Source: a virus
DNA length: 64,000 nt
Strand: one strand, 5' to 3'
Virus record (IMG/VR): IMGVR_UViG_3300031920_000359
In this document: piece by piece, positions 11,323-21,057 of the stretch
Layout: each line of letters starts with the position of its first letter
Position numbering within the stretch: position 1 is the first letter of the stretch
Translations under genes and position numbers: made by a program
Notes under the pieces: generated by a model
What the model was told of the DNA's origin: nothing
Seen by the model: the letters and a program-made list of their open reading frames with translations, nothing else
Databases searched by the model: none

Positions 11323-12135
11323 ATGACATATACAGATGAAAAATTAATTTCAGAATTACAAAGATTTTATGATGAAAATGGAAGAGTTCCAGTTCAATTA
11401 GATATGCAGCTAAAATATGGTTATCCTTCATTTACTACATATATAAATCATTTTAAACCGTTTAATAGCGCTCTTGAAATAATAGGATTTGAAATAAACA
11501 ATAAACATCAAACAGGAACACTAGATGGTACTGAAACTTGCTCTTATTGCGGTTTACGAGCTGATGAAATAATTGGTTTTGAACATTGGCATTATGTTAA
11601 TGATATTAGATATTGTAAAAAACATGGAAATAGTGGTTCAAAAGGAAATCCTGATTATGTAAAGGGTGAACTTGATATTAATAGTTCAGTTGGTCGTGGA
11701 AGAGTAGGAGAAATACTTGTAGTCAAAACACTAGGAATAGGAAAGGAACATGATTATAATCGAATTAGTTGTGGTTACTCATTTGATTTATATAATGAAG
11801 AATTTGGTAGAATAGATGTTAAAACATCGTTATTAAGTTTTGACAATCGTAGTCGTTGGAAATTTAATTTTCAAGATAAATCAGAAATTAAAACTTATAT
11901 TTGCATTGGTTTATCTTTAGACAGAAAATTTGTTCAACACGTTTGGATAGTTCCTAACAAAGGTAAAATCAGAAATTTAATAACTTTTACTGTTTACGAT
12001 ACATATCGTTCATTATCTAATAGAAGGAAATGGGAAGTTGATGCAAATCGGTATGATTATAAATGGCAAACTATGAAACTAGATAATTGTAAAATCATGG
12101 TTGATAAGAATAAACCAGAAATTATTCATACTTGA
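11323..12135 (+). CDS. Free-standing homing-endonuclease-like protein (helical repeat plus PD-(D/E)xK nuclease)
   Basis: YTDEKLISELQRFYDENGRVP...YINHFKPFNSALE repeat type; GRVGE...FDL...IDVKTS nuclease motif. Confidence 0.6.
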   Translation: MTYTDEKLISELQRFYDENGRVPVQLDMQLKYGYPSFTTYINHFKPFNSALEIIGFEINNKHQTGTLDGTETCSYCGLRADEIIGFEHWHYVNDIRYCKKHGNSGSKGNPDYVKGELDINSSVGRGRVGEILVVKTLGIGKEHDYNRISCGYSFDLYNEEFGRIDVKTSLLSFDNRSRWKFNFQDKSEIKTYICIGLSLDRKFVQHVWIVPNKGKIRNLITFTVYDTYRSLSNRRKWEVDANRYDYKWQTMKLDNCKIMVDKNKPEIIHT

Positions 12136-12729
12136 GAAGAGACAAAAACTAATTCAATATAATAAGTTAAGATTGAAATTTAAACAAAAAGTAGGTAAAT
12201 AAATATGAGTATAATTAGAAAAATATTTGGGTATACTTGTTCTATGTGTCATAAAACAATTCAAAAGGGAAACTATGCAAGTTTTATGTATGGAAAAGGA
12301 CATCTATGTATTGACTGTATTATCAAACCAGAAAGTAATTGGGGTAATATTAGAACAAGGGAAAAATACTTTGAATATGTGGGAAAACCTGATTCAAGAG
12401 AAGAATGGAATATAAAGTTAGAAAAATTAGGCTATCCATCAATGTCAAGACTTAAATGGTTTATATATCATGGATTGGATTAATTAATGTTAAAAGTAGG
12501 TAAAATAATAAAATAGGTGATAATAATGGAAATAGATAAATCAGAAATATTATATATGGTGAAAATATCATCACAAGAATTAGCTGATATACGAAGATGT
12601 ATTACAAAAGTAAATGATAAAAACTTATTTGATGATGATAAACAAAAACATAGGTGTCGTGAAATATCTACACAAATAATAATTGATACAAAGGAACCTG
12701 CTCCAATTGTAATAGATAGGTGATTAAAT

Positions 12730-13791
12730 ATGTTTATAGATGAGATAAAAAAGAAGTATGAATCTGAATTGTTGAAGAAGAAAAATGTTGTTGGTGTAAT
12801 GACAGCATTTAAGATTGAAAAAGGACATAAGACTAAAACATCGAGTATAACTTGTTTGGTTGAAAAGAAAATACCTATGATGAAACTTGAGGCAAAAGAT
12901 ATTATACCAAAAGAGATTGATGGTGTATTTACAGATGTCATAGAAGTTGGTGAAATAAAGGCTTTGATTCATATACCTTTTATAGATGATGTAAATAATG
13001 ACAGTTTAATTGACAGAAAAAGTAGGATTAGACCTGCTCCTATGGGTACATCTGGAGGACACTATAAAATAACGGCCGGTACTAATGGTGAACTTTTATT
13101 AATCGATGGTGATATTTGTATAGGTACTAATAATCATGTTGCCGCATTGTCGAATCATGCTGAACTTGGTGATCCTTATTTACAACCTGGCTCCCATGAT
13201 GGAGGTAAACTTCCAAATGATCTAATCGGCTATTTATATAAATATGAACCTATAAACTTTGTCGGTACACCAAGTAAGTGTAAAGTCGCAGGGACAATTG
13301 TAAACATGTGTAATCTTGTAGCGATGGTCTTTGGTCGTAAAACAAGACTAAATGCTTTTTATAGTAAAAATAATGTACCTAATCTAGTTGATGCTGCTGC
13401 AGTTATAGTCATTAATCAAAAAGATATATTGACTAAAATATTAAATATTGGAATACCCAAAGGAGTAGGAAAAGCACATATTGATACGTTGGTTCAAAAA
13501 TCAGGCAGAACAACTGGCCACACAAAAGAAGCTCTAGTGACATCTATCGATGCTACTATAAACGTTAGCTATGGTGAAGGTAAAATGGCATTATTTACAG
13601 ATCAAATATTAATTTCTAAACCAGGTTTTTCTGCAGGCGGAGATAGTGGTAGTTTAGTATTAAATATGGGTGGTTTTGCCGTTGGTAAACTATTTGCTGG
13701 TAGTGATCAAGTTACGATAGCTAACCATATTGATGATTATTTAAAAGCATTAGACGCAACGTTAATAACTGATGTAACAAATAGCGGATAA
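12730..13791 (+). CDS. Trypsin-like serine protease (Nal1-like)
   Basis: Catalytic triad TNNHV / VDAA / GGDSGS; N-terminal NVVGV...IPKEIDGVFTDVIEVG domain. Confidence 0.8.
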   Translation: MFIDEIKKKYESELLKKKNVVGVMTAFKIEKGHKTKTSSITCLVEKKIPMMKLEAKDIIPKEIDGVFTDVIEVGEIKALIHIPFIDDVNNDSLIDRKSRIRPAPMGTSGGHYKITAGTNGELLLIDGDICIGTNNHVAALSNHAELGDPYLQPGSHDGGKLPNDLIGYLYKYEPINFVGTPSKCKVAGTIVNMCNLVAMVFGRKTRLNAFYSKNNVPNLVDAAAVIVINQKDILTKILNIGIPKGVGKAHIDTLVQKSGRTTGHTKEALVTSIDATINVSYGEGKMALFTDQILISKPGFSAGGDSGSLVLNMGGFAVGKLFAGSDQVTIANHIDDYLKALDATLITDVTNSG

Positions 13792-14177
13792 GTGATTAAG
13801 TATGAATAAAATAGAATTAAATATAGAAGATTTGATAACAAAGGATGTAGCAAGTAAGTTGTTAGAAACTATATCTATGGAAGATAGGCAACGAATATTG
13901 GAGGCTTCATTAATTAAAACTCTTGATAGTGTGTTGAATTCATTTCAAGTAGAAAGAGTTATAAAAGCTGATGTTGAAAAATATATGGCCGAATATTTGC
14001 AGAATGTCGATGTCCAAAAAAGAATTAAATTAGCTACGATTAAAAATGTTGACATACTAATGGATGGTGTAGTGAATGCAGTAGTAATCGGTGCACAGGA
14101 ACGATTGCAAAATACTTATGCAAAACTAGTCAAACAAGGTGAGGTTTAGTATTATAGTAATATGTAGGTGATTAGAA

Positions 14178-14372
14178 ATGACAATGATAAAAGTAGATAT
14201 ATTTAGGCCATCAGGTAAACATGATAGTACTGAATATATGGACATACCAGATGGTATAGATGATAATGATATTCGTGCTTATATTAGAATCAATGCTAGA
14301 ATGCGAAATACTACTTATTTGTTTAATGGATTAGAATATGATGTGTCATATTTAGTACACATAGGTGATTAG
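14178..14372 (+). CDS. 64-aa hypothetical protein, tandem paralog 1
   Basis: IFRPSGK...ARMRNTTYLFNGLEYDV..LVHIGD. Confidence 0.75.
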   Translation: MTMIKVDIFRPSGKHDSTEYMDIPDGIDDNDIRAYIRINARMRNTTYLFNGLEYDVSYLVHIGD

Positions 14373-14374
14373 AA

Positions 14375-14569
14375 ATGACAAAACTAAGTGTCCAAATATT
14401 TAAACCATCAGGCAAATGGTATACAAATGAAGACATAGAAATACCGGATCGTATTAAAGATTTCAATATAGCTGATTATATTGAACAACATGCAAGAATA
14501 AGAAATGCAACATATTTGTTTACTGGACTAGAATATGAAGTTCCACAATTAGTACACGTAGGTGATTAG
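14375..14569 (+). CDS. 64-aa hypothetical protein, tandem paralog 2
   Basis: IFKPSGK...ARIRNATYLFTGLEYEV..LVHVGD. Confidence 0.75.
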   Translation: MTKLSVQIFKPSGKWYTNEDIEIPDRIKDFNIADYIEQHARIRNATYLFTGLEYEVPQLVHVGD

Positions 14570-14571
14570 AA

Positions 14572-14889
14572 ATGGAAAGTAAAATTGAGAATGTTATATC
14601 TGATAAAGTAAAACAAGAATATGAAAGACAACTTAAAAAGCTTCAAAGTCAAGCTACGAGAAGTTGTGAAGATTTAAAATCTTGTTATGAATCTACTCTT
14701 GAAACATTGCAGCAACTTAAATTAGTAGATGCAACAATATTTGATTTCTTTGAAAGAACAAATGGTAATATTAGAATTGTTGGTCATACTACTACATTTA
14801 GTGATAAATTAAATATACGTTCATATAATCAGGCGGACTTGATAAATGATAACGGAATAAGACTTAAAAAAATACAAAATATAAAATAA
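14572..14889 (+). CDS. Hypothetical coiled-coil protein, possibly frameshifted at an A7 run
   Basis: ORF track; the -1 frame continues to TAG at 14925-14927. Confidence 0.65.
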   Translation: MESKIENVISDKVKQEYERQLKKLQSQATRSCEDLKSCYESTLETLQQLKLVDATIFDFFERTNGNIRIVGHTTTFSDKLNIRSYNQADLINDNGIRLKKIQNIK

Positions 14890-14911
14890 TATTAATGGCT
14901 ATTGAAGAAGA

Positions 14912-14960
14912 CGAACAAGATAAATAGTATCTTGTTTTATCTATCTTTTTAATTTTTTAT
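14912..14960 (+). terminator. Hairpin plus T-tract terminator
   Basis: AACAAGATA-aatag-TATCTTGTT followed by T-rich sequence. Confidence 0.7.
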
Positions 14961-15388
14961 AAATATAATTGATGTGATTATTGTGGGTTTTGGAAAAAGA
15001 AAAGTAAAACAAAATGTTAGTAAAAAGGAACATAAAGATGAATCTAAATCTAGTGAATCGAATAAACTTATTGAAAACAAAAGCAAAAAACTTGTTAATA
15101 AAGATAGTTGTATTGATAGTAATAATAGTGGTGTCGATGGTAGTAGTAATATCTCTAATATTGGCTTAAAAGAACAAAGAACTTTAAATTTCATGAAAAA
15201 AGCAGGTAAAAATAAAAGCTCAAATATATTATTGTTTGGCGTTACAAAAAAAGCCAAATTAGAATTATTTATTCATAATTTAAAACTATTACATCCAAAA
15301 ATGCCAGATTTTTGGCTTGAAAATGAAATTAATAAATTCAAAAAGAAGTTTAGTATTAAAGACAATAAATAAGATTAGGTGATTAAGA

Positions 15389-15697
15389 ATGGTATATAAA
15401 ACAATAAAAGTGGCTAAAGAAATTATGGAACCACATAGATATTGTGACATCTGCGGTAATGAAATTAATATTAATCTCGCTTGTAATACAGCAAGATGTA
15501 GCTACTGCGGAAGAGATCTATGTGAAGATTGTATCGGTAATGAAGAAGATACTTCTGGTGATTATCGATTTGTTTTTTGTAAAGATTGTTGGAATATAGG
15601 GGAAAGTTATAGACCTGAAATTGATGAACTACACACAAAAATCAATGAATTATACGAAGAATGGCAGGGTAAATGTAAAGAAAACAGCATTGAATAA
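15389..15697 (+). CDS. Zinc-finger protein
   Basis: CDIC, CSYC, CEDC and CKDC pairs. Confidence 0.7.
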   Translation: MVYKTIKVAKEIMEPHRYCDICGNEININLACNTARCSYCGRDLCEDCIGNEEDTSGDYRFVFCKDCWNIGESYRPEIDELHTKINELYEEWQGKCKENSIE

Positions 15698-15813
15698 CGA
15701 TTTAAAACCTATTTAAGCCTACTAATTATAAGGTAGGGCAGGAATAGGTTTATAGTATAAAGTAGGCTTCTATAGGGCTTAACGTTACGATATAAGCCTT
15801 TTAAGGGGTTAAT
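15695..15813 (+). repeat. Dispersed intergenic repeat, copy B (most diverged in its central-3' part)
   Basis: TAACGATT..AA.CCTATTTAAGCCTACTAATTATAAGGTAGGGCAGGAATAGGTTTATAGTA...TTACGATATAAG.CTTTTAAG. Confidence 0.9.
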
Positions 15814-16039
15814 TCGATAGATTTTAGATATAAGAAACAGACAAATAAAATAATAAATGGAATGGTGGTTTAAATGAATGATATTTTTGAAATCGAAGAG
15901 ATAATTAGACAAGGGGATGAATGGAATTATTATAATGAGTCTAAAACTAATTATCTTAAAGCTATGGCAAAAACTCAGTTGCTAATCCTTAAAGAACTAC
16001 GTGAAATGAGGAAATAATAGGGTAATATTTATTAAATAG

Positions 16040-16585
16040 GTGTTTGCTATGTCATTTGGTAAAAAAACAACAAAGAAGGCTTCTGCAAAAACAATTAAGT
16101 CTAAGCCCGTTGATAAAATTCGTGATAATCTTATCTCTGAACGGATCAAAGGAATAGTTAATTGTACTGATGCAGGATGTTGTCCCATTGAATATATACA
16201 TAAGAAAATGTCAGGAGTAAAAAACATTGAAGATCATATTAAAATATGTTCTAAACAAAATAATTTTATATTACACCGAGGTTGGGTCTATAACAAATTT
16301 TGGACTATTGAAGACTTAAATGAAATATCAAATGATAAAATTATTGTTGATGATTTTGATGGTGATAATTCTAAAATAGATAATGACTTATTAGTAAAGC
16401 TAACAGCTTTATATCAAAGAGAAAACGAACCCATAAAAGTAACATGGTTTGAAGGATTAATTAACAGAGGAGCATTACATATAACAGAAAAAGAGTTATG
16501 GCAATCTCTTGAACGTTTGATGCGCTCAGGTAAAATCTATGAACCACGCATCGGCGAATTTGCCCCTACATTTGATAGTATTTAG
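16040..16585 (+). CDS. Protein with C-terminal winged-helix (MCM/RPA32 C-terminus-like)
   Basis: ELWQSLERLMRSGKIYEPRIGEF. Confidence 0.5.
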   Translation: MFAMSFGKKTTKKASAKTIKSKPVDKIRDNLISERIKGIVNCTDAGCCPIEYIHKKMSGVKNIEDHIKICSKQNNFILHRGWVYNKFWTIEDLNEISNDKIIVDDFDGDNSKIDNDLLVKLTALYQRENEPIKVTWFEGLINRGALHITEKELWQSLERLMRSGKIYEPRIGEFAPTFDSI

Positions 16586-17202
16586 TAAAGGAAGTGATTA
16601 GAAATGAATAAACTTGACTATAAAAATTTTAGAGATAGATATTGTGGAGAATGCATACCAGCAATTTCATATTTATGTTGTCAATCAGAAGAAGAGATAG
16701 ATGAATGTATAATATATATGACAGAAACAGAAGAATATTCTAAAGTAACACATAATAAAAAGAGGTGATTATAAATGGCTGAAGTAATGAGTGCTAAATG
16801 CACAGTATGTGGTAAAATATTTGAAGGTAAAAATTGTGTTCAAAAAGCTGAAGAACATGAAAAAATACCTGTTGAAAAAACAATACATGAAATTGGTGAT
16901 ATATTAGTATATCCTAAACGTGATGGTAATTTTAATGTATATATAATATCAATGGTCTATATTGGTGAGTATGAACACAAGCAAGTATATTATGGTTGTA
17001 ATGATCATGAAAATATGTTTAAGTTACAAATCAATAACGTAGATGGAGTTAGAATAGTAGACAAAGAAGATTTACTAAATAATCCATATTATACTGATTT
17101 GAGACATAAGGTAATGGAATTATGGATACATAATTTATTTGGACATTTGTCAAATAGTATGGATCATTATGGCATAGATAACATCATAGGTTATGAAAGA
17201 AG

Positions 17203-17985
17203 GTGATTAAATTGTATGCTACGACAATAATAGATAGTTCTGCCATGAAGGCTTGGGAACGAGCCATGAATTTCGTGGCAAAAAGTCCTGAAAGATTAAA
17301 ATTTGGTGGGGGAACGGAAGTGAAGCATGCTTATGACAGCCAAGTTTCAATAATTCTTGATGAAAATGCTATCAATGAATTGCTAAATGAACAATGGCAT
17401 CCATCAGATCCATTTTGCAGTGTAGATCGTGTCAAAGCATATAAAGAAGAATACAAGAAAGGTTTTGATGCTTCTAAATTTGATTATACATATAGGGATA
17501 GACTTGAAAATGCCTTCGATCGGGCTTGTTATAATCAAATAAATCAAATAGATATACTGCGAGAAGGATTACAAAAACAAATTGATGAACAAATGGGGTC
17601 AAATCGAAATATTGCTATATTGTTTAATCCAATTATTGATAATTTTTCAGGTAAAGCAATACCTTGTTTAAATGAAATCCTTATCAGATGGGAAAAAGAA
17701 AACTATTGTTCCGTTCATACAACTTTTAGAAGTCATGATCTTGCTTCGGCTTGGAATTCTAATATGTTAGCACTCACTGAATTTATAAATGAAGAAATAG
17801 TTAAACCTTGTGATTGTAAAATACTTTATTGGAGTGAACACAATTATTCGTTGCATATTTACGACTATGATCAATTTGTTGTAGAAAATATGATTGTTAT
17901 AAATAGAAATCCAGCTTTGTCTCTTCTACAAGTAAAGTACGATAACATTGTTTCAGGTAATATTAACAGGTTTGATTGGCAATAA
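17203..17985 (+). CDS. thyA: Archaeal-type thymidylate synthase or dUMP-modifying enzyme
   Basis: FDYTYRDRL, catalytic IPCL, FRSHD...N, SLHIYD. Confidence 0.8.
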   Translation: MIKLYATTIIDSSAMKAWERAMNFVAKSPERLKFGGGTEVKHAYDSQVSIILDENAINELLNEQWHPSDPFCSVDRVKAYKEEYKKGFDASKFDYTYRDRLENAFDRACYNQINQIDILREGLQKQIDEQMGSNRNIAILFNPIIDNFSGKAIPCLNEILIRWEKENYCSVHTTFRSHDLASAWNSNMLALTEFINEEIVKPCDCKILYWSEHNYSLHIYDYDQFVVENMIVINRNPALSLLQVKYDNIVSGNINRFDWQ

Positions 17986-18329
17986 ATATGACATTAATGA
18001 TTGGTAGAAAAGTGTTGCTCCAAACAGTGAGGATACTTGAGCTGTTTGACAAGTATCCTCAATTTAAAAATATGAATACAAGAATTGATATAATGACCTA
18101 TCAATTTGGTGAATTTGTTAAATATTTTAAAATTTATGCAAAGGCATATGGACATTTGAATGATGGATATACTGCTGAAGCAAGAGTATGCTTAGCAAGC
18201 CTCTTAATCCAAATAGAAATGTTTTGTATTGCAAAAGGTTGGGACATTAATGTTCTACGGAATGAAGGATATGAACATCTTCTCGATAAGATTGAAGAGG
18301 TCGAAGCAAAGAACGGTGAGATGATTTAA
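17976..18329 (+). CDS. MazG-like all-alpha NTP pyrophosphatase fold (degenerate acidic motifs)
   Basis: YQFGEF...EARVCLASLLIQIEMFCIAKGWDI resembles EExGE...ELAD.l..l..la...g.Dl. Confidence 0.4.
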   Translation: MAINMTLMIGRKVLLQTVRILELFDKYPQFKNMNTRIDIMTYQFGEFVKYFKIYAKAYGHLNDGYTAEARVCLASLLIQIEMFCIAKGWDINVLRNEGYEHLLDKIEEVEAKNGEMI

Positions 18330-18330
18330 A

Positions 18331-18891
18331 ATGAAAATTGGAACTAAGAGTTTACTATTTGGTTGCCATCAATTTATGTTGCATCCTATTTATACATATG
18401 TAGCTTGGAGAAAATTATATAACGAATTTCCAAGTTTGGGTGAAACGGTTGCCATTGTTATACATGATTGGGGATACTTTGGTAAACCAAATCTAGATGG
18501 TGATGAAGGAGAAAAACACCCTGAATGGGCAAGTAATATTTTTGAAAAAATAGGTATTTATATACGAAATAACATACACTTTAATTCTGGAAATTATTTT
18601 TTTGAATTGTCTGAACTTTGTTTATATCACAGCAGATTTTATGCTAAAAGATATGAACGAAAACCATCTAAACTATGTTGGGCAGATAAATATGGAACAA
18701 CACTATATGGTAAATATTTATGGTCTTTTCTTGCCGTAATAAGTGGTGAACTAAAAGAATATATGACTAATGATAAATATGAAATATATTATAAAGGAGC
18801 AGAAGATGATGGTACATTTTTATGGTTTACAGAATATGTAAAATTTATAACACCAGTTATAAAAGAAAATGTTAAAAAGCGTAAGAAGTGA
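18331..18891 (+). CDS. HD-domain phosphohydrolase
   Basis: HQ..LHP, IHDWGY, KHPE, YHSR, WADK. Confidence 0.65.
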   Translation: MKIGTKSLLFGCHQFMLHPIYTYVAWRKLYNEFPSLGETVAIVIHDWGYFGKPNLDGDEGEKHPEWASNIFEKIGIYIRNNIHFNSGNYFFELSELCLYHSRFYAKRYERKPSKLCWADKYGTTLYGKYLWSFLAVISGELKEYMTNDKYEIYYKGAEDDGTFLWFTEYVKFITPVIKENVKKRKK

Positions 18892-18897
18892 TTATAA

Positions 18898-20331
18898 ATG
18901 GCTTTCACTGAAAAATATAGACCTCAAATATTGAAAGATGTTGTTGGGCATCAACAACATTTGACTTTTATATCTAATTGGGCTAAAGAATGGGAAAATG
19001 GTATACCAAAGATAAGAGCTTTGATTTTTTATGGCCCACCAGGAATTGGTAAAACGACTATAGCTCATGCGTTGGCTAATGAAATGAAATGGGAAGTAGT
19101 TGAGCTTAATGCAAGCGATACTAGGACAGCAGGAGCTATACAAAGAACAGCTGGTTCTGCTAGCAAATCGATGTCATTGGATTCGGCATATAGAAGAAAA
19201 CTAATTGTATTAGATGAAGCGGATAATTTACATGGTAATAGTGACCGTGGTGGAAGTCGTGCAATAATTAATATAATAAAAGAAACATTGCAACCTATTA
19301 TACTTATTGTCAATGACTTTTACAAACTCGATACTTTATTAAAATCATTGTGTAAAAGTTTGCAATTTAAAAATGTCAATGAAATAGATATTTCAAAATT
19401 ATTAGTTCGTATATGTGAAAATGAAAACATAGAAATTGAAGAAAAAGCAGTTAAATATATATCAAAAAATTCTAACGGTGATGTAAGAGCAGCAGTAAAT
19501 GATCTAGAGAGTATTTGTGCAAACAAAAAAGAAGTTAATTATAATGATATTACAAATATAAAAAATGATAATGATGAATCAAATTTTAACCAAAGGAACA
19601 TTTCTGAAACAGTATTTACGTTTGTAGATAAAGTCTTGAACGGCAATGTAAACATAAATGAAATTTTAGAATTATCTGGTAACATAGATGAAAATCCAGA
19701 ATCAACTATTCATTGGTTAGATGAAAATATACCTTTGACATATAAAGATACAAACGAATTATATGAAGCTTATAATTTATTATCAAAAGCTGACCTGTTT
19801 CTTGGTCGAGTTCATAAGAGACAAAATTATTCGTTGTGGAAATATGCAAATACATTAATTTGTGGCGTGGGTAGCGTTGGTAAAACTAATTCTGGCTTTG
19901 TTCGATATTCTCCTCCTAAATATTGGAGCAAACTTAAACAAAGTAAACCTAGCCGAAATATCAAAAACTCAATTGCTTTGAAAATAGGTAGCATTTGTCA
20001 TGTATCAAGTAGAAAAGTTCTCTCTGATATGTTGGGGCTTATCAAAAAATTGATGCAAAATGAAGAATATTCAATACTTATAGCTTTTGAATTAGATTTT
20101 ACAAAAGATGAACTAGCATATTTGTTCAATTGTAAGTCCAACTCAAAAAAAGTTACAACAATTATCGATATTGTTTTAAAACTCAAAGAAGATGATACAG
20201 AAATAGACAATATTAAAATAAATAATATCAATACAGATGAATTGGTAACTTCGATTAACGACAATGCGATTAAAAGTAAAATCAAGAATAAAGTCAAAAG
20301 CAAACAACAGATGATTTTAGATGACTTTTAA
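18898..20331 (+). CDS. rfcL: Replication factor C large subunit
   Basis: TEKYRP, GPPGIGKTT, VELNASDTR, LDEADNL..DRGG, GDVRAAVNDL, RRQNY-like KRQNYSLWKYA. Confidence 0.92.
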   Translation: MAFTEKYRPQILKDVVGHQQHLTFISNWAKEWENGIPKIRALIFYGPPGIGKTTIAHALANEMKWEVVELNASDTRTAGAIQRTAGSASKSMSLDSAYRRKLIVLDEADNLHGNSDRGGSRAIINIIKETLQPIILIVNDFYKLDTLLKSLCKSLQFKNVNEIDISKLLVRICENENIEIEEKAVKYISKNSNGDVRAAVNDLESICANKKEVNYNDITNIKNDNDESNFNQRNISETVFTFVDKVLNGNVNINEILELSGNIDENPESTIHWLDENIPLTYKDTNELYEAYNLLSKADLFLGRVHKRQNYSLWKYANTLICGVGSVGKTNSGFVRYSPPKYWSKLKQSKPSRNIKNSIALKIGSICHVSSRKVLSDMLGLIKKLMQNEEYSILIAFELDFTKDELAYLFNCKSNSKKVTTIIDIVLKLKEDDTEIDNIKINNINTDELVTSINDNAIKSKIKNKVKSKQQMILDDF

Positions 20332-20616
20332 TATATAAGTTAAAACAAATAAAGGAGATAGATAAGATGAATAAATTTACAGATCAAATTGAAGACACTG
20401 AGAATAGAGTTGAATCATTGTCCAAAATAAAAAGAGAATCAGATAGAACAGTAACATGTCTAAATAAAATTGTTGCTGATCATATAACAGCAAGGGACAA
20501 TGAAATCAAAAAAGGCAAAACATTGCAAAATAATATTAATAAATTAAAACGTAAGCTTGAAAAACTCAGAGAATTAGAGTAATTTGGATACTCTATAAAG
20601 CTTATTATAAAGAAAA

Positions 20617-20633
20617 TCGAAAATTATATATAC
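20617..20633 (+). promoter_or_regulatory. Putative BRE/TATA promoter upstream of RHH gene
   Basis: TCGAAAATTATATATAC. Confidence 0.5.
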
Positions 20634-20695
20634 TATAGGCTATATAGAGTATCTATAACCTTTATATATATTATTTTTTAATAACAGGACTAAAT

Positions 20696-20878
20696 ATGAG
20701 TAAAAGTAATTTTTTAAAAACAAATAATGTAACAGTTACATTATCTGATAAAGATAAAACAAAACTTAATCAATTAGCTAATGCTGATCAAAAAAGTCTT
20801 GCTGAATGGTTGAGAGACCAAATTACGATACAATATTTTGTTAATTATGAACAAACTGCAGTAGAGTCAGCAACATAA
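20696..20878 (+). CDS. Ribbon-helix-helix (CopG-like) regulator
   Basis: VTVTLSDKDKTKLNQLANADQKSLAEWLRDQI. Confidence 0.65.
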   Translation: MSKSNFLKTNNVTVTLSDKDKTKLNQLANADQKSLAEWLRDQITIQYFVNYEQTAVESAT

Positions 20879-20925
20879 ATCGACGTTTATTAATATCTTT
20901 AATAAGTAATTTAAATTTAAAGCGT

Positions 20926-21030
20926 TTTAAGCCTACTAATTATAAGGTAAGGGTAAGAATAGGTTTATAGTATAATATAGCCTAAATAGTACCTTATTCT
21001 TACGATATAAGGCTTTTAAGCTCTTAATTA
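20926..21030 (+). repeat. Dispersed intergenic repeat, copy C
   Basis: TTTAAGCCTACTAATTATAAGGTAAGGGTAAGAATAGGTTTATAGTATAATATAGCCTAAATAGTACCTTATTCTTACGATATAAGGCTTTTAAG. Confidence 0.92.
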
Positions 21031-21057
21031 GATAGATTACAAAAGAAGGAAATACAA

